Origin: Adineta vaga
Lineage: Eukaryota; Animalia; Rotifera
Direction: 5' to 3'
Assembly (NCBI GenBank): GCA_021613535.1
Contig: CP075495.1
Coordinates: forward strand, 372,001-436,000
Length of the DNA: 64,000 nucleotides
The notes below the pieces were generated by a model that was given only the letters and a program-made list of their open reading frames with translations, ran no database searches and was not told the DNA's origin. The number at the start of each line of letters is the position of its first letter. The stretch's first letter is position 1. The position numbers were made by a program, and so were the translations under genes. Shown here piece after piece: positions 51,499-64,000 of this stretch.

Positions 51499-52659
51499 AT
51501 GGAGAAGATTTTCATATCGAATCAATTTCAATTAGAAGAATTTCCTGATGAATTATTTCTTGAAATATTCCAATATATGAATTCTATTACATTACGTAGT
51601 TTCAAAGGACTTAATCAACGTATTAATTTTATATTAAATTCTATTCAAATAAGTTTTGTTATTCAATATGATGATGAATTCGAATATTTCTCTTTTTTTA
51701 ATCCAATACAAATTATTCGTTTGGAAATTTGTAAACATTGGTTAACATTCAATTTCATGACATTAACTAAACTTTCTTCATTAACACTTGATTGTTTATA
51801 TTTAACAACAAATCAATTAAATCAAGTAAATTTTTATTCGAAATAAATTTTAAAAAAACATTTAAATTAATTTATAGTTAGTCAAAGTTCATTTACCTTA
51901 TCTTCAACGATTTTCAATGAGAAATATTCCATTTTATTTTCAAGATATATTTTTTCATAAAATTATTCATGGTAAACATTTTCCATTATTAAAAGTTTGT
52001 CAAATAAAATGGACAAATATTAATGAAATAAAATTTAATTTTAATGAATTTTTATCAAATAATATTATTTATTCATTAATTATTAATCAATGGAAAACAA
52101 GAGAATTTAATTTTCTACTTGATCAATTTCCTTATTTACGTCAATTGAAATTGAATATGATTAGATCTAATGATTTATTAAATATTCCTATTCAATCTCA
52201 TTTATTATTGAAGGATTTAGAAATTAAATTTGATAATTGTTATATTATCGAGAAAATCTTACAATCAACACCGAATCTTCGTCATTTACGTATTTGTGGA
52301 AATCTTGGAAAAAATATTGCTTTAGTTTATTTTATAACAATGTCAAAATATCTTCGAAAATTTGTTCCTTTTCTGGAACATTTCAATTGTGAAATTTATT
52401 GTTATTCTTATGAAACAGAAAAATCGGAAGAAATTATACGAAAATATCATCCACTTTTCTTCAAAATCAAGTATCTCTGTGGACGATATGAAAATCGTTG
52501 TTATTCAACTGATTTGCAAATTTATCCAGATGGAAATAAATATCAAAGTAAAGATTCTTCACAAGACAACATTTTCTATATTTTATTTCTCATTTAGTTA
52601 TTCCAAAAGTCTTCTCTTATAAATCATATCGTAATAACAGACGTCAATACAATTATTAA
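51499..52659 (+). CDS. F-box/LRR-like protein, tandem copy 1
   Basis: LEEFPDELFLEIFQYM...FKGLNQRIN; same exon layout and clear similarity to copy 2. The 3' end is approximate. Confidence 0.8.
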
Positions 52660-53135
52660 GTTGATTCATATGATACAAACGATATTGTAATCATTTCTTT
52701 ATATAATAATTAAAGATATGCAGTTGCAATGCACATTTTCATCCGCGATGATCATCTCTGTTTTTATTATCCATTGTTTTTGTATGAAGTTTAAATATGT
52801 AGATAATAATAATAATAATAGAAAAGAAAGTCAAATTATTTTAAATATTTTATTCTTGTATAGAAACTTTAATAACATCGTTTAAATTAGAAAAGATTAT
52901 TTTATACTCATATCGATCATTTATGAATCATTATCAAAGAGAAACAACGCTCGGTTATCTGATGTTTTTCTTCCCTGATAGAATGTATACAAAGGTTACG
53001 TTGATGTTTTATCAGCAGAAAGAAAAGAAAAAAAACGAATTTTATTACGTAGGCAATAGGTTTTTTCCTACTTGTAAAATAGTATATAAATCATCGCACA
53101 ATCCATCAATTCTTATTTGAATTAATGATAATATC

Positions 53136-54645
53136 ATGAATGAAATAGTATCATCTCGATTGGAAATCTTTCCCAATGAACTTTTTATTGAAATATTTCA
53201 ATATATTCAACCAATTAATCTTCGATGTTTCAAAGGTCTTAATAAACGTCTTGATTCAATAATTCAAATTTTAAAAGTTAATTTTGTAATTCAATATCAA
53301 GATGATGATGAAATTAATTTTCTTGAAACATTTTCTTTCGAACAAATTTTTTCTTTAAAAATACAAGATTGTTGGTCATCAATGAATTTAATTCAATTAT
53401 GTGAACTTCGTTCACTTTCAATTAACTGTACTTATTTAACAAAACAACAATTAGATCAAGTAAATTTTACCATAAATCAATCTTAAAAAACAAAAGATTC
53501 TTTATTTAGATCCTGGAAATCCATTTACTTTATCTTGAACGATTGACAATTGAAAATATCGCCTATGATTTTCGAGAATTATTGATTTATAAAATTTTTC
53601 ATGGAAAACATTTTCCATCTTTGAATATATGTCAACTTAAATTAGGATATGGTTACAATTTAGAATTCGATGATAAAGAATCAATTCCAAATAATATTAT
53701 TCGTTCTTTTTCTATTGACAAATGGGAATGGTCAGAACTTGGTTTCTTGTTACATCAATTAACACATTTAAATCGATTAGAAATCAATTTCGAAGAATCA
53801 TTAACTACAATAATTGATCCTATTCAACCAAATTTCAATCTAAAATATTTACGAATTACACTCGATGATCCGATAAATAATTTAGAAAAAATACTCAAAT
53901 GGACGCCGAATCTTATTCGATTATATATTTGTGGAAATCTTATAAATGATGATATTAATGTTGAGTTCGAGAAAATGGCTAAATATCTTTCAATTCTCAC
54001 GCCTCATCTTCAACAATTCAATTGTGAACTTTATTTTCATACATCTGATCATAATGAAAATGAATTTATTATACAAAAACTTCATCGACTTTTCAAACAA
54101 ATTCGAGATCTTGATGGAGGAAATGGAAATCGATGTTTTGCAACAGATTTCAGCATCTATCCACATGACAACAAATATGAAAGTAAATATTACGATAAAT
54201 AAACATTCTCAGTTTCTTTAAGATAAGTAATGCGTGGTACAAGTACACTTTAATGATACCTTCACGTCGATTTTGTGTGCGATATGTTAATCGAATGTGA
54301 TGGTGTCGTCAAAGTGCAGTTGAACCGTTATACCTTTAGGGACCCATTTATTGCTTGATTTTATAATGCTGAAATCTATGTTTAGTTGAAAGATTGACCA
54401 ATCAGACGAATTTCCGTGTTCGCCCAACTCATTCTTATAGGATTAAGAATAAATTATATATTTATTTAGTTTTTCCACAACCAATTGCTCGCACAATCTC
54501 GTACAAGAGATACTCTGACCATGAATTTCATTGTGGTTATCGACGCTACTACGGTTATAATGACTTTGATTATGGTCTTGATGATTATTGTGGAGATTGC
54601 GAAGGAAATTGTGGATGTTCATCATGGTGTAGAACTTATTATTAA
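53136..54645 (+). CDS. F-box/LRR-like protein, tandem copy 2
   Basis: LEIFPNELFIEIFQYI...FKGLNKRLD; shares HGKHFP, TPNL..L.ICGNL, FNCE and NRC with copy 1. Probable last exon ~54469-54645 with a Cys/Tyr-rich tail. Confidence 0.8.
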
Positions 54646-55439
54646 GAATTTTTGATAAAGACAAAAGAACATAGATTTATATCGTAAAGAACTCATCTAA
54701 TAATTTAAAATAACAGTAAATAAATACAACATTGAATCGTTTTTATCATCATATTTCGTCATTTTCGATCATGCCCAAGACGAAAAAGAAAAATTGCTGA
54801 ATAATCCATCAAATCAAGTATTGAAAAGAAAATTTGTTCTTCGTTTCAGTACTACCATGAAATATCAGAGTAACATAAAATAATAATTAAAAATTTTCAA
54901 TCAATTAATGAACATGATTTTAGTTATTATGAAAAATATAATAGAAATGGAATCATTCAGATTTCTTGTATAAATGGTATTGCTTTTGGAATGGTTAAAT
55001 TAATTCGAAGAGTTATACCAAGAGATCTTCTAGGAGATAATGGAAAAAAATTACAAAATATCGATACAATTGTTCATATTTTTTATGAAATAGACGGTGT
55101 TAGTGAAAGATTTGCTACTGGTTTACGTTTAAAAAATAATTATTCATTTATTAAATAAATTCCTCATGAAAATAATCAAAATACTGATGATGATCAATCA
55201 AATAAAATTGTTTATTTTTAATGTAAAATCCCTTCCTCAATAGAAGACGCGAGTCAGTTTTTCTCACTGGGTATTTTTCCAATGAAATCAAAATACAATA
55301 TGACTCATACGTATGCGAATCGGGAATAAATTCTTTTTCTCTTTCTATACTAATGATGACGACGTCAGTGGGCTTTTTAACCTTATATATATATTTATTG
55401 AACGGAACTTTTATGCCATTATACTTTTCTATAGAAATT

Positions 55440-56192
55440 ATGATGGAAGAAGAAATTATGAAAATTAATCGGAATTTGACAAAAATGATTAACAAATCAG
55501 AAATCAATGAATCTTCTGTTCAAACATCACTTGTTCGTCTTCAAAAATTCGACATTACATTAATGATCTTACAAAGAACAGGTATTGGAAAAACTTTAAA
55601 TGAATTACGACGACTTAATATCAATGCAAATCTATTAACAATGGCGAAAAATCTTTTGAAGAAATGGAAAAACCTTCTATCAAATTCTTCAGACAAAGAA
55701 ATGGATACAATTCGACTGAAATCACGTGAATTATTGTCAAAAGCATTATCAATCGCCGAAATTCCTGAAGGGTCACGTATTCCAGAAGAATTATCTATTC
55801 ATATTGAAGAAGCAATTTTTAAACAAATCAAAAATACAAATGTTAAATATGGACGTCGTATTCGTAGTCGATTATTTAATTTAAAAGATTTAAAAAATCC
55901 AGATCTTCGTTCAAAAGTTCTTCTTGGTATTATAACACCGGAACAATTCGCTATAATGACTCCAGAAGAAATGACCAGTGATAATCTGAAGAAAGAAAAC
56001 GAAAAACTTAGAGAAATTACTTGTCGTGAAAGTTTTTTACCAATCGATGAAGGTTCTGGATGTGATCTAATTAAATGTGAACGATGTAAAACAAATAATT
56101 GTTCATATTCAGAACTACAAACACTTAGTGGAGATGAACCAATGACTCTATTCGTTTATTGTAGAAATTGTGGTCATCGATGGAGAGGATGA
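55440..56192 (+). CDS. Transcription elongation factor TFIIS (TCEA-like), intronless
   Basis: LQRTGIGKTLN (domain I), RIRSRLFNLKD.KNP.LR (domain II), Zn ribbon CERC...QTLSGDEPMT...CRNCGHRW. Confidence 0.92.
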   Translation: MMEEEIMKINRNLTKMINKSEINESSVQTSLVRLQKFDITLMILQRTGIGKTLNELRRLNINANLLTMAKNLLKKWKNLLSNSSDKEMDTIRLKSRELLSKALSIAEIPEGSRIPEELSIHIEEAIFKQIKNTNVKYGRRIRSRLFNLKDLKNPDLRSKVLLGIITPEQFAIMTPEEMTSDNLKKENEKLREITCRESFLPIDEGSGCDLIKCERCKTNNCSYSELQTLSGDEPMTLFVYCRNCGHRWRG

Positions 56193-57239
56193 TTCAACAA
56201 AATTCATTCATTTTCTTAATTCTTCTCAATTCTGTAAAGATGAATTGAGAATACGGAAGTTTGTGAGTGTGAAAGTCGTATTTTTAAAAGGGCTTGAAAC
56301 AGATTTTAAATGTTCATATGGATGTAAACAATATGAAGATAAACGTTGTTCTCCGCAAATACGATGTCTTTTATCAAATATTTTAATTTGTTGTCAAAGT
56401 TTTCCTTTTGCGGTTGTGATATTATCAAATCTTATGATAAATTAGAAAAACATCAATATCCATCTATCGTGGTGAAACGTGATAGAGTTCTTCTAATAAA
56501 ACTGTATTATACAGAAATCTCAGGCTTAAGTCGAATAGTTATTAGCATATTTTTTATGTTTTTCAACATTTATACTTAAAATCAAATATCAAAATCAAGA
56601 CGAAAAAATATATAGCTGCTATCTAACTGATACACCGATATATCAATTTTAACACGTAAAATTTAAATGGGGAAAGCTCAAAATGTAATGGGCAATTGTC
56701 CATTTGCCTCCCTATGGTTGCGCCACTGTTTCTGATAACCAGATATTGATTTATAACATGGAAGACGATCAGAGATGCGCAAATACAAATACAATAAGAA
56801 GTCCTGATTCAATTTGAATAATAAATTTGTCTGTAGGATGAAAATATGCTCTACAAAATGGCTTTTGATTGACCTCGCTATTTCATATCGTAAGAAAGTT
56901 ACAAGCTTCGAAATATGCTTAACAAAAAATAAAAACTAACTATCAATTTTTTCGAGTATTTCATAATCAATTTAATATTATTATTAAATAATTCATTTTA
57001 GGTGTATATGATAAGCTTTACTTTCAGTTAGATCATACAATGTTATTGTATTTGTTATCTCTCGAAGTATTCGATATATATCTTTCATTCTGTATGCATC
57101 CACTCTATATATTATGGATCTCTGTGTGTTTTATACCATAGGCACTTCATAAACGCGAAAAAAAGAGGGTGTGGGTAGGTGATGGAAGAGAAGACATCCA
57201 CACTCACACTGGCACGGTTCTCACAACCTCTACATCATT

Positions 57240-57413
57240 TTCGACCTATTTCATATCAACTCTACTCAATTCTTTGCCAATTCCATGCCAATCTGAACTA
57301 ATTCCATACCAGTTCTGTATCAATTCCGGACAATACTAGTCTATCTCGTCCAATACCAACCAATTCCAATTCCAAGAATTGGAACTGCAAGAATTGGGAT
57401 TGGTGCATCCCTA
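57240..57413 (-). mobile_element. Probable end fragment of a non-autonomous DNA transposon
   Basis: Degenerate CCAATT subrepeats ending in TGGTGCATCCCTA (reverse complement TAGGGATGCACCAAT, a hAT-like terminus); no partner end seen. Confidence 0.35.
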
Positions 57414-59088
57414 TTTTTTCTCAAATTTTCCACATTAGTCAACAAATTCTTCTGAATAAAAATATATTTGTTAAAAGTGTTTGATTAGGAACATCTAAGA
57501 AAGAAAGCGTCTTGTCCAATTTACCAATGAGCTTTATTCAAAGAGAGATCGAAATAAAAGAATTCACCAGTGATAATGTCAAACATTTTACAAGAAAAAG
57601 TCTGATGTGTTGAATATATTTATCTCTTCAAAAAAAAAGTCTTATAACTGAATGAAAACTATTTTTCTTCTAAAATGCTCATTATAGAAAATGATATGTT
57701 CTGATTCTTCAGTTTCATTTTTCTCTGCATATGGAATTATTATTTTTTTCTCGTCTATCTTTCTCTTCATTTTTGATAGAATTATCTTTGTACTTTATTA
57801 TAATCGTATGAACAGAGACAAACAAAGATTGTAATGAAAGGAAACAGTTACTTATGTTTACTGCACGTTCAAACGATCTGTTAATTAATAAAGGATTTTA
57901 TTTTGTTCAGAGCTCGGCCATGCCATCTGCCCATCGATTTTAGCTTCAGTGCAACAAACGCGTTAACAGTAAAAGAGAGAGAGAAAAGTAGATATCCGAT
58001 CTCCTTATATTCTGTTCCATTTCTCTGAATCTCATTGATTATTTCAATGAACATTGTTTATCATTCGTACTACACTATCACAAATCATTACTAGAATTTT
58101 CCATCTCGATATTTTCGTCTCGATGCTTTCAGTAAGTAGTGATTTGTTGTGTTTGAACATTTCTAGAAATTTAATCTAAAACTTGTAGAATCAATTTAAA
58201 TGGCAAAGAAAACAAAGTAATTTAAGAGATATTGTTTTACTATTACAAAGAATGTCTCTCACAGTTAGATAGATGAGTCCATATTTATAGGAATTCTTTT
58301 TTCTATTTTATATTGTACTCAGGATCGAATATCGGATATCAAATCAAATAAGAGCTAATAAAATTTTATGCAGAGAAAAGTCTTCGTCAGACACGATCAT
58401 CATATATTAATCGAAATCACAATGTTTATTGAACTCTTATAGAAATTCAGGCGAAAACCACTCAGAGATCATAACTCAGAATTTGTTCAGATATAATTAA
58501 CACATTCGATACGATGAGTCCTACCACGGTGATGGACCATATTTGAACAAGAAACTGAATAGAATACATTTTGACGGTACGGGTGCCGTAAATCACATAC
58601 CTATTCGATGTCTGCGTTTAATATATATTGGTTCCCAGGAAACTCATTTGGTACCAGGAAATATCTTTTATGTCCATTATGCCTACTCTAGGATCCTAGC
58701 CTATAGATGTGCTGAAAAATGAATTTCCCTGAAATCGCTATAACACATCGAATCATAGAACAACCCTTTCTTTTTCTTTTTTTCTCAGACAAAAGGTTAC
58801 ACATTTAGTGTGGGATCTGCTATCTGCCTCAGTAGTTTTTGAATTATGTATTGTATAGCATAATGCTTTTCGTTGAAACAATCAAGACAAAGATCACAAT
58901 ATGAACAGAAGGTTTTTATTTTCTTTGCTGTTGCATGAATTGCTTCTCTTGATTTTTGTCGTCTGATTTTGTCGTAGCAATCAGAACTGCATCTTCAAAC
59001 ATCGTGGTCATCAGCGAGTTTTTGCTTCGTTTGATTTTTTAATTGTTGTCTCATACCAGATGTTAGCTTTCGAAATGAGCAGTCATCG

Positions 59089-60021
59089 TATTCCGAAAAG
59101 TTACACATTCCGGAATTGTTTGACCCACTAAAGTGACTGCCATTCAATTCCGGAATTCATCTCATCCCATTCCGGAATTCCTTACACTCGATTATTACTG
59201 ATCCAATCTAATTCCTAGCAACTCCTGCCAATTCCGGAATTGTCTGACATATAGAAAAGGATTAACATGCAGATGGATGTGCAATCCTAGCATTGCACCC
59301 ACAAGAAATGACCAGAAATTCCTGTCTATTCCGGAATTGCAAATCTATATAGTATAATCACATAACCCTGCATAAGTAGCCATGAAAAGTAAAAGCGGAA
59401 TTCCGGAATTCCGCTCGGGATTTCGATCGATTGATGAAGTTGGCGTATTCTTCAACTAACATATCTTAGCAATTCCGGATTTACTAGGAAATGCAGGAAT
59501 TCCTACAAATTCCGGAATTGCAAATCTATATAGTATAACCAGATAATCATACATTAGTAGCCATGAAAAATAAAAGCGGAATTCCGGAATTCGTGCATAT
59601 CCGGAATAGGCAGGAATGTGCAGGAAATGCAGGAATTCCTGCCAAATCACAGTTACTCCGGATATGCATGAATTCCGGAATTCCGCTCGGGAATTCAGTT
59701 GAGCGTTTAGGATGATCTTTTCTTCAACTAATATATCTTAGCTATTCCGGAATAGGCAGGAAATGCAGGCATTCCTGCCATATCCTAGCTATTACGGATG
59801 TGCACGAATTCCGGAATTCCGTTCGGGATTTCGATCGATTGATGAGGGTGACGTATTCTTCAACTAATATATCTTAGCAATTCCGGAATAAGCAGGAATT
59901 TGATAGCATTTGTAGGAATGGAATCAAGCAGTTCCGGATTGGAATAAGAGGAATTCCGGAATTGAACTGTCATTAGTAGTGTGGATTAAGCGCATTCCGG
60001 AATGTGTAACTTTTGGGAATA
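59089..60021. mobile_element. MITE-like non-autonomous element with ~26-bp TIRs, flanked by TA
   Basis: Left TA|TTCCGAAAAGTTACACATTCCGGAAT; right ATTCCGGAATGTGTAACTTTTGGGAA|TA (1 mismatch). Interior is packed with ATTCCGGAAT palindromes and internal duplications. Confidence 0.85.
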
Positions 60022-60367
60022 GGAAATATTCTCGTGAAATATTCCAAAATTTTGGTTTCTTTTATACAAAAGGAGAGAGACAATAAATAAGATTCTACAA
60101 AGAAGAGAACGATAAATAGCCAGTAGAACATAATGCAAAGATCAGTCAGTACATTTATTAGAAGTTAAAAATGAATACCTTAAAGAAGTTTTCTAAGAAA
60201 ACTGAATCGGTTCAAATGTATTATGTTTTAACTAATTGCTTTTTTTTCTTTAATATTTTAAGTAATTGTGTATTGATCGTGATGTCCTTGGGAAGTTGAT
60301 GGTTTCAAAAGGTGTTTCCATTCCGAAACAAACTATTCTGATTGTTTAGCTCTATTTATATTTTATC

Positions 60368-63300
60368 ATGAATTTCAAAGCTGTACTTCATCGGCTCTAT
60401 GAATGGTTATCTACTTACAATCTTTTTATAACTGAATTAGATGTGAATGATGATGATCAAGAAGATTCAGTAGCTGTTGTTCGACATCAAAGATATACTA
60501 CTTGGTTCTACGTTCTTCTTCTTTTGAGTAAACAAAAAAATAATTCTATGATGATTTCAATGAATTTGACCGTTTCGTTTTTCTTTTAGTGTCACTCTAC
60601 GTTATTTTCTTCGTTTCTTTCACAAGACCTCATCCTCGAACGATTATTGTTACAGATGTGACACCATCCATCTTCAATGAATTACGTCTGAAATATCCCA
60701 CAACTCTTTCATGTCCATGTTCAAAAACTACAATATCATTTCAAACTTTTGTTTCTAATTCTTTTACATTTCATCCTATTTGTTCGAGTGTTTTCGTTGG
60801 TCAACAATGGATTGAAGGACTGTATTTAATCAATGCAAGTGACTTTGGAACATTAGATTTTCGTAAGACAGCTCATTCTCAGGTAAATGAACAGATGCTA
60901 TTAAAGAAATCTATATCTTCACTAGAAACAAGTTTTAATTACAACTGAATCGGAGTTTTAAATACCTGTCATCTATGACTACATCCAAAGGAATTTATAA
61001 TTAGAATTGTACTAAAAGATTAATTTATGAAAGACTTCACTAAAATTGTTTTCAGTGATAAATCTATGAGTTTTGATTAGCTCCAAATTGATAAGGACGT
61101 ATACATACTTTTATATCAAGTGTATTGTAAGGATTAATATGTTTACGTTATGGAGGGAGACCCCTCCCTATATAACCCCAGATATTAGAAGAAATCATAT
61201 TTTCGAATTTCGAGCTGAACATTTACCTGTCTGAGAAGTTTTTAACACGGTCTATTTAAGATATAAACTTGTACGATATAGATCCTTCTTTTTAATTTTT
61301 ATTTGCACCACATGTGATGTCTACAGACAAAAAAATCATTGAAATCGAGGGCATGGCAAATCTCAAATTGTAACCAGTTTTGAAAAAATTTCTGATAAGA
61401 TTTCTGCTTTTTCATCAGAAATTTAGTCAAACACTCTAAAACACTAGAATGAAAACTGCAGGAAATCAGAAATCTGCTTTTCAACTTTGAAAATTTTCAC
61501 ATCTCTTCTTGCATCTTTAAAGATATTTACATTGTCTAGACTATATGACCTGTTAGATTACATAGATAAGGAGAAATCAGAAATCTACTTTTCAAATTTT
61601 AAAATCTCTTGTATCATATTTAGAGATATTTGCCTTATCAATACTATGACCTGCTAGATTACATTGAGAAGAAGAAATCAGAAATCTACTTTTCAATTTT
61701 GAAAATTTTCACATCTCTTCTTGCATCTTTAAAGATATTTACATTGTCTAGACTATATGACCTGTTAGATTACATAGATAAGGAGAAATCAGAAATCTAC
61801 TTTTCAAATTTTAAAATCTCTTGTATCATATTTAGAGATATTTGCCTTATCAATACTATGACCTGCTAGATTACACTGAGAAGAAGAAATCAGAAATCTA
61901 CTTTTCAAATTTTAAAATCCATTCTATCATATATAAAGATATTTGCCTTATCTATACTATATGATGTGCTAGATCAGATAGAAAAGAAGAAATCAGAAAT
62001 CTACTTTTCATTTTTGAAAATTTCAAATTCCTCTTTTGTCACGAGGAATCTTATCATTCGTACAATGGTTTCAATGGACAGCAAAAATATATAAGCCAGA
62101 AAAGAGAAGGATTTGTTGGCAAAGAAAATGATGTTAACTGAAAAGATAATGTCGTTTTCCTATAAGTTAGCATCATTCAGTTGGCACGCTAGTCCTTTTT
62201 CTTCACAAATTTCACTTTCTGCTATTCATTTAAGTCATTTTATGAATGATAAAACGTTCTGTGTAGAGTACGGAAGAATTCTTCAAATTTTTCATATAAA
62301 ACTACATTTCTGATTTCTGCCTCTGCTAACCATTGAAGTTATTGCATAAATTATAAAAACTTTGAATAACAGAATTGAATAAATTTTAAAATTTTACATT
62401 GAGACGTAGATTTCTGATTTCTGGTTCCCTATAACTTATTAGCGTTATTTAATAAACGATGAAAATTTTCAAAATACTAGAACTTTTTGTCAAAATTTCG
62501 CATAGAAGAGTAAATTTCTGATTTCTAATTCATCTGTTTGAAGTCATGTAATTTAAAAATTTTCAAAAATTAAAATTTTCAAAAAATTAAATTTTCAAAA
62601 AATTAAATTTTCAAAAATTTTGACATGCTATTTCGAAAATTTGTATTCATTTGATATTTGCCACTCCATGTTGAAATCAGAAGAAGACGCCTATGAAGGT
62701 TCTCCCGTCAGTCATAGAGGAATTTAACAACGAATAATCAGCACTATCAAAAGATATCAAATGTCTATGTCCACCAATCTCGGATTGTGTCGTCTATGAT
62801 AAATTGATTTGAGCTCAACTGTCATATCGTCGTAAACCGCAGTTAAATCTAATGTTTAACTTTCTATCTAAAAAAATTTTCAAGTTTTCTACAAAAAAAT
62901 CATAACTTATAAGCAGAAAAGACACAGATACTAAGCAAATTAAAGTAAATAATTGAAAATTAGAGGTATACAAAAATGTATAGAATTTTTCCATTAAATC
63001 ATTGTGATACGCCGCGTATTCTATTTTAATATTTCTAATTCGAACTAATTCTTTTATTTGACTTTATTTTGATTTAGTTTAAACTTTTATCAAATCTTTG
63101 TTCATATTCTAAAGATACAATATCTCAAGTACAGAATGATCTTAACAATACAGAACTTGTCAGTGTTGATCTTATGTCTGAAGAAAAGATTCGAAATGAA
63201 ATCGATGCCATTGTTGAACTATTGAGGGACAATGTTGCCTCTCATATTCGTTCCTCCTTAACCTATTTAAAAATAATCAATCAAGCAAATTACTTAATTA

Positions 63301-63633
63301 CCTCTCTCAATACAAAAGTAATCATTTCATATGATAGTTCTATACGTGAAACTATCGGTCAATGGATAACTGATACTGATACTTCATTCGAATTAGAATG
63401 GAACACACCTGCTTGCATCGACATCGTTAAAATTCCAATTAGAAATGCTACTTTCATACGAACCACACCTCCTAGCCTAGTTTCGTTTGAACCTCTTCTT
63501 CATTTTGCAATTATCAACGGGTTCTTTGCAAGTTGCACCACACTTGAAGCACTTCTTCCAAGTACTCTCGATTGTTTATATGATATCAATTGTATTGAAT
63601 TATTGATCGAATACTTTCCATCACTCATTCAAG
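60368..63633 (+). CDS. Multi-exon membrane protein of unknown function (YNLF...CPCS...FHPICSS...DFR type); continues beyond the recognisable exons
   Basis: Exons ~60368-60526, ~60590-60882 and ~63078-63633 join across a ~2.2-kb intron (AHSQ|FKLLSNLCSYSKDTI); GFFASC...LLPSTLDCLYDINC. Confidence 0.7.
61340..62690. mobile_element. Foldback-like intronic element with a tandem subrepeat array
   Basis: GAAATCAGAAATCT(A/G)CTTTTC at 61462, 61573, 61674, 61785, 61886 and 61989 (near-perfect 212-bp dimer). Inverted copies (ATTTCTGATTTC) at ~62306, 62410 and 62514. TGGCAAATCTCAAAT (~61355) mirrors ATTTGATATTTGCCA (~62650). Confidence 0.6.
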
Positions 63634-64000
63634 TATGTATCCATATCGATGTATTCCAACGTCAAAAACGACGTCTTAAACGATGTGAAACGACTAGAAA
63701 TTGCTTCTGTGATTGGAGTGGGTGGTGATCTTTTGAAGCAGTTTTTCACCTTTTGTGATATCGTAAGCCGTGCGTAAATTGAACGATACAGTCTGTGTGT
63801 GACCTGCGTGAGAAATATTTTTGATCATGATCACTAATGTTACACTATTTATAGAGTAGAGATGTGCGAGACCAAGTTTTCCCCATTGTTCTCGATCTGA
63901 ATCTCGACAAATCTGATATAGTTCTGGTCTTGGTCTCGATAGTTGTAGTTTTTTTGAATATCTGACTCGATAATCATAATTGAGACCAAAAGAAAAAATG

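Noticed and set aside
56690-56728. Possible lone DNA-transposon terminus (reverse complement CAGTGGCGCAACCATAGG)
   Set aside because: No matching second end in the window.
61630-61869. 79-aa repetitive ORF
   Set aside because: Arises from the intronic tandem repeat; non-ATG start and no coding signal.

Overview
AT-rich eukaryotic genomic DNA with many short (~55-110 nt) GT-AG introns. The gene content (divergent GPCRs, F-box/LRR proteins, ART and FG-GAP proteins, bacterial-like enzymes carrying introns) and TGTGGG/TGAGGG tracts point to a bdelloid rotifer; this is an inference. About 22 genes or pseudogenes were reconstructed by manual splicing. The standout is a 3-exon minus-strand gene (36162-34389, about 548 aa). 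It joins a signal peptide, a domain with two HxxHC motifs (the DUF3328/UstYa copper-oxidase signature) and nine KK-delimited repeats of a Tyr-x3-Tyr core (ISYGIDY). This resembles a self-contained dikaritin-type RiPP precursor-cyclase fusion in an animal. Other notable items: a stonustoxin-like pore-former fused to a neuronal calcium sensor domain; a receptor-like ADP-ribosyltransferase with 14 FG-GAP repeats; an intron-bearing ferritin-like/VioB-like plus SRPBCC enzyme of probable foreign origin; a telomere-repeat tract that truncates an NHL gene, part of a family of telomere-tipped hairpin elements; a stop codon next to the GDPH autocleavage site of a NIDO-AMOP-VWD protein; a PBZ-PARP; and two inverted-repeat transposon-like elements. 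All calls are from motif recognition by eye; no searches were run.
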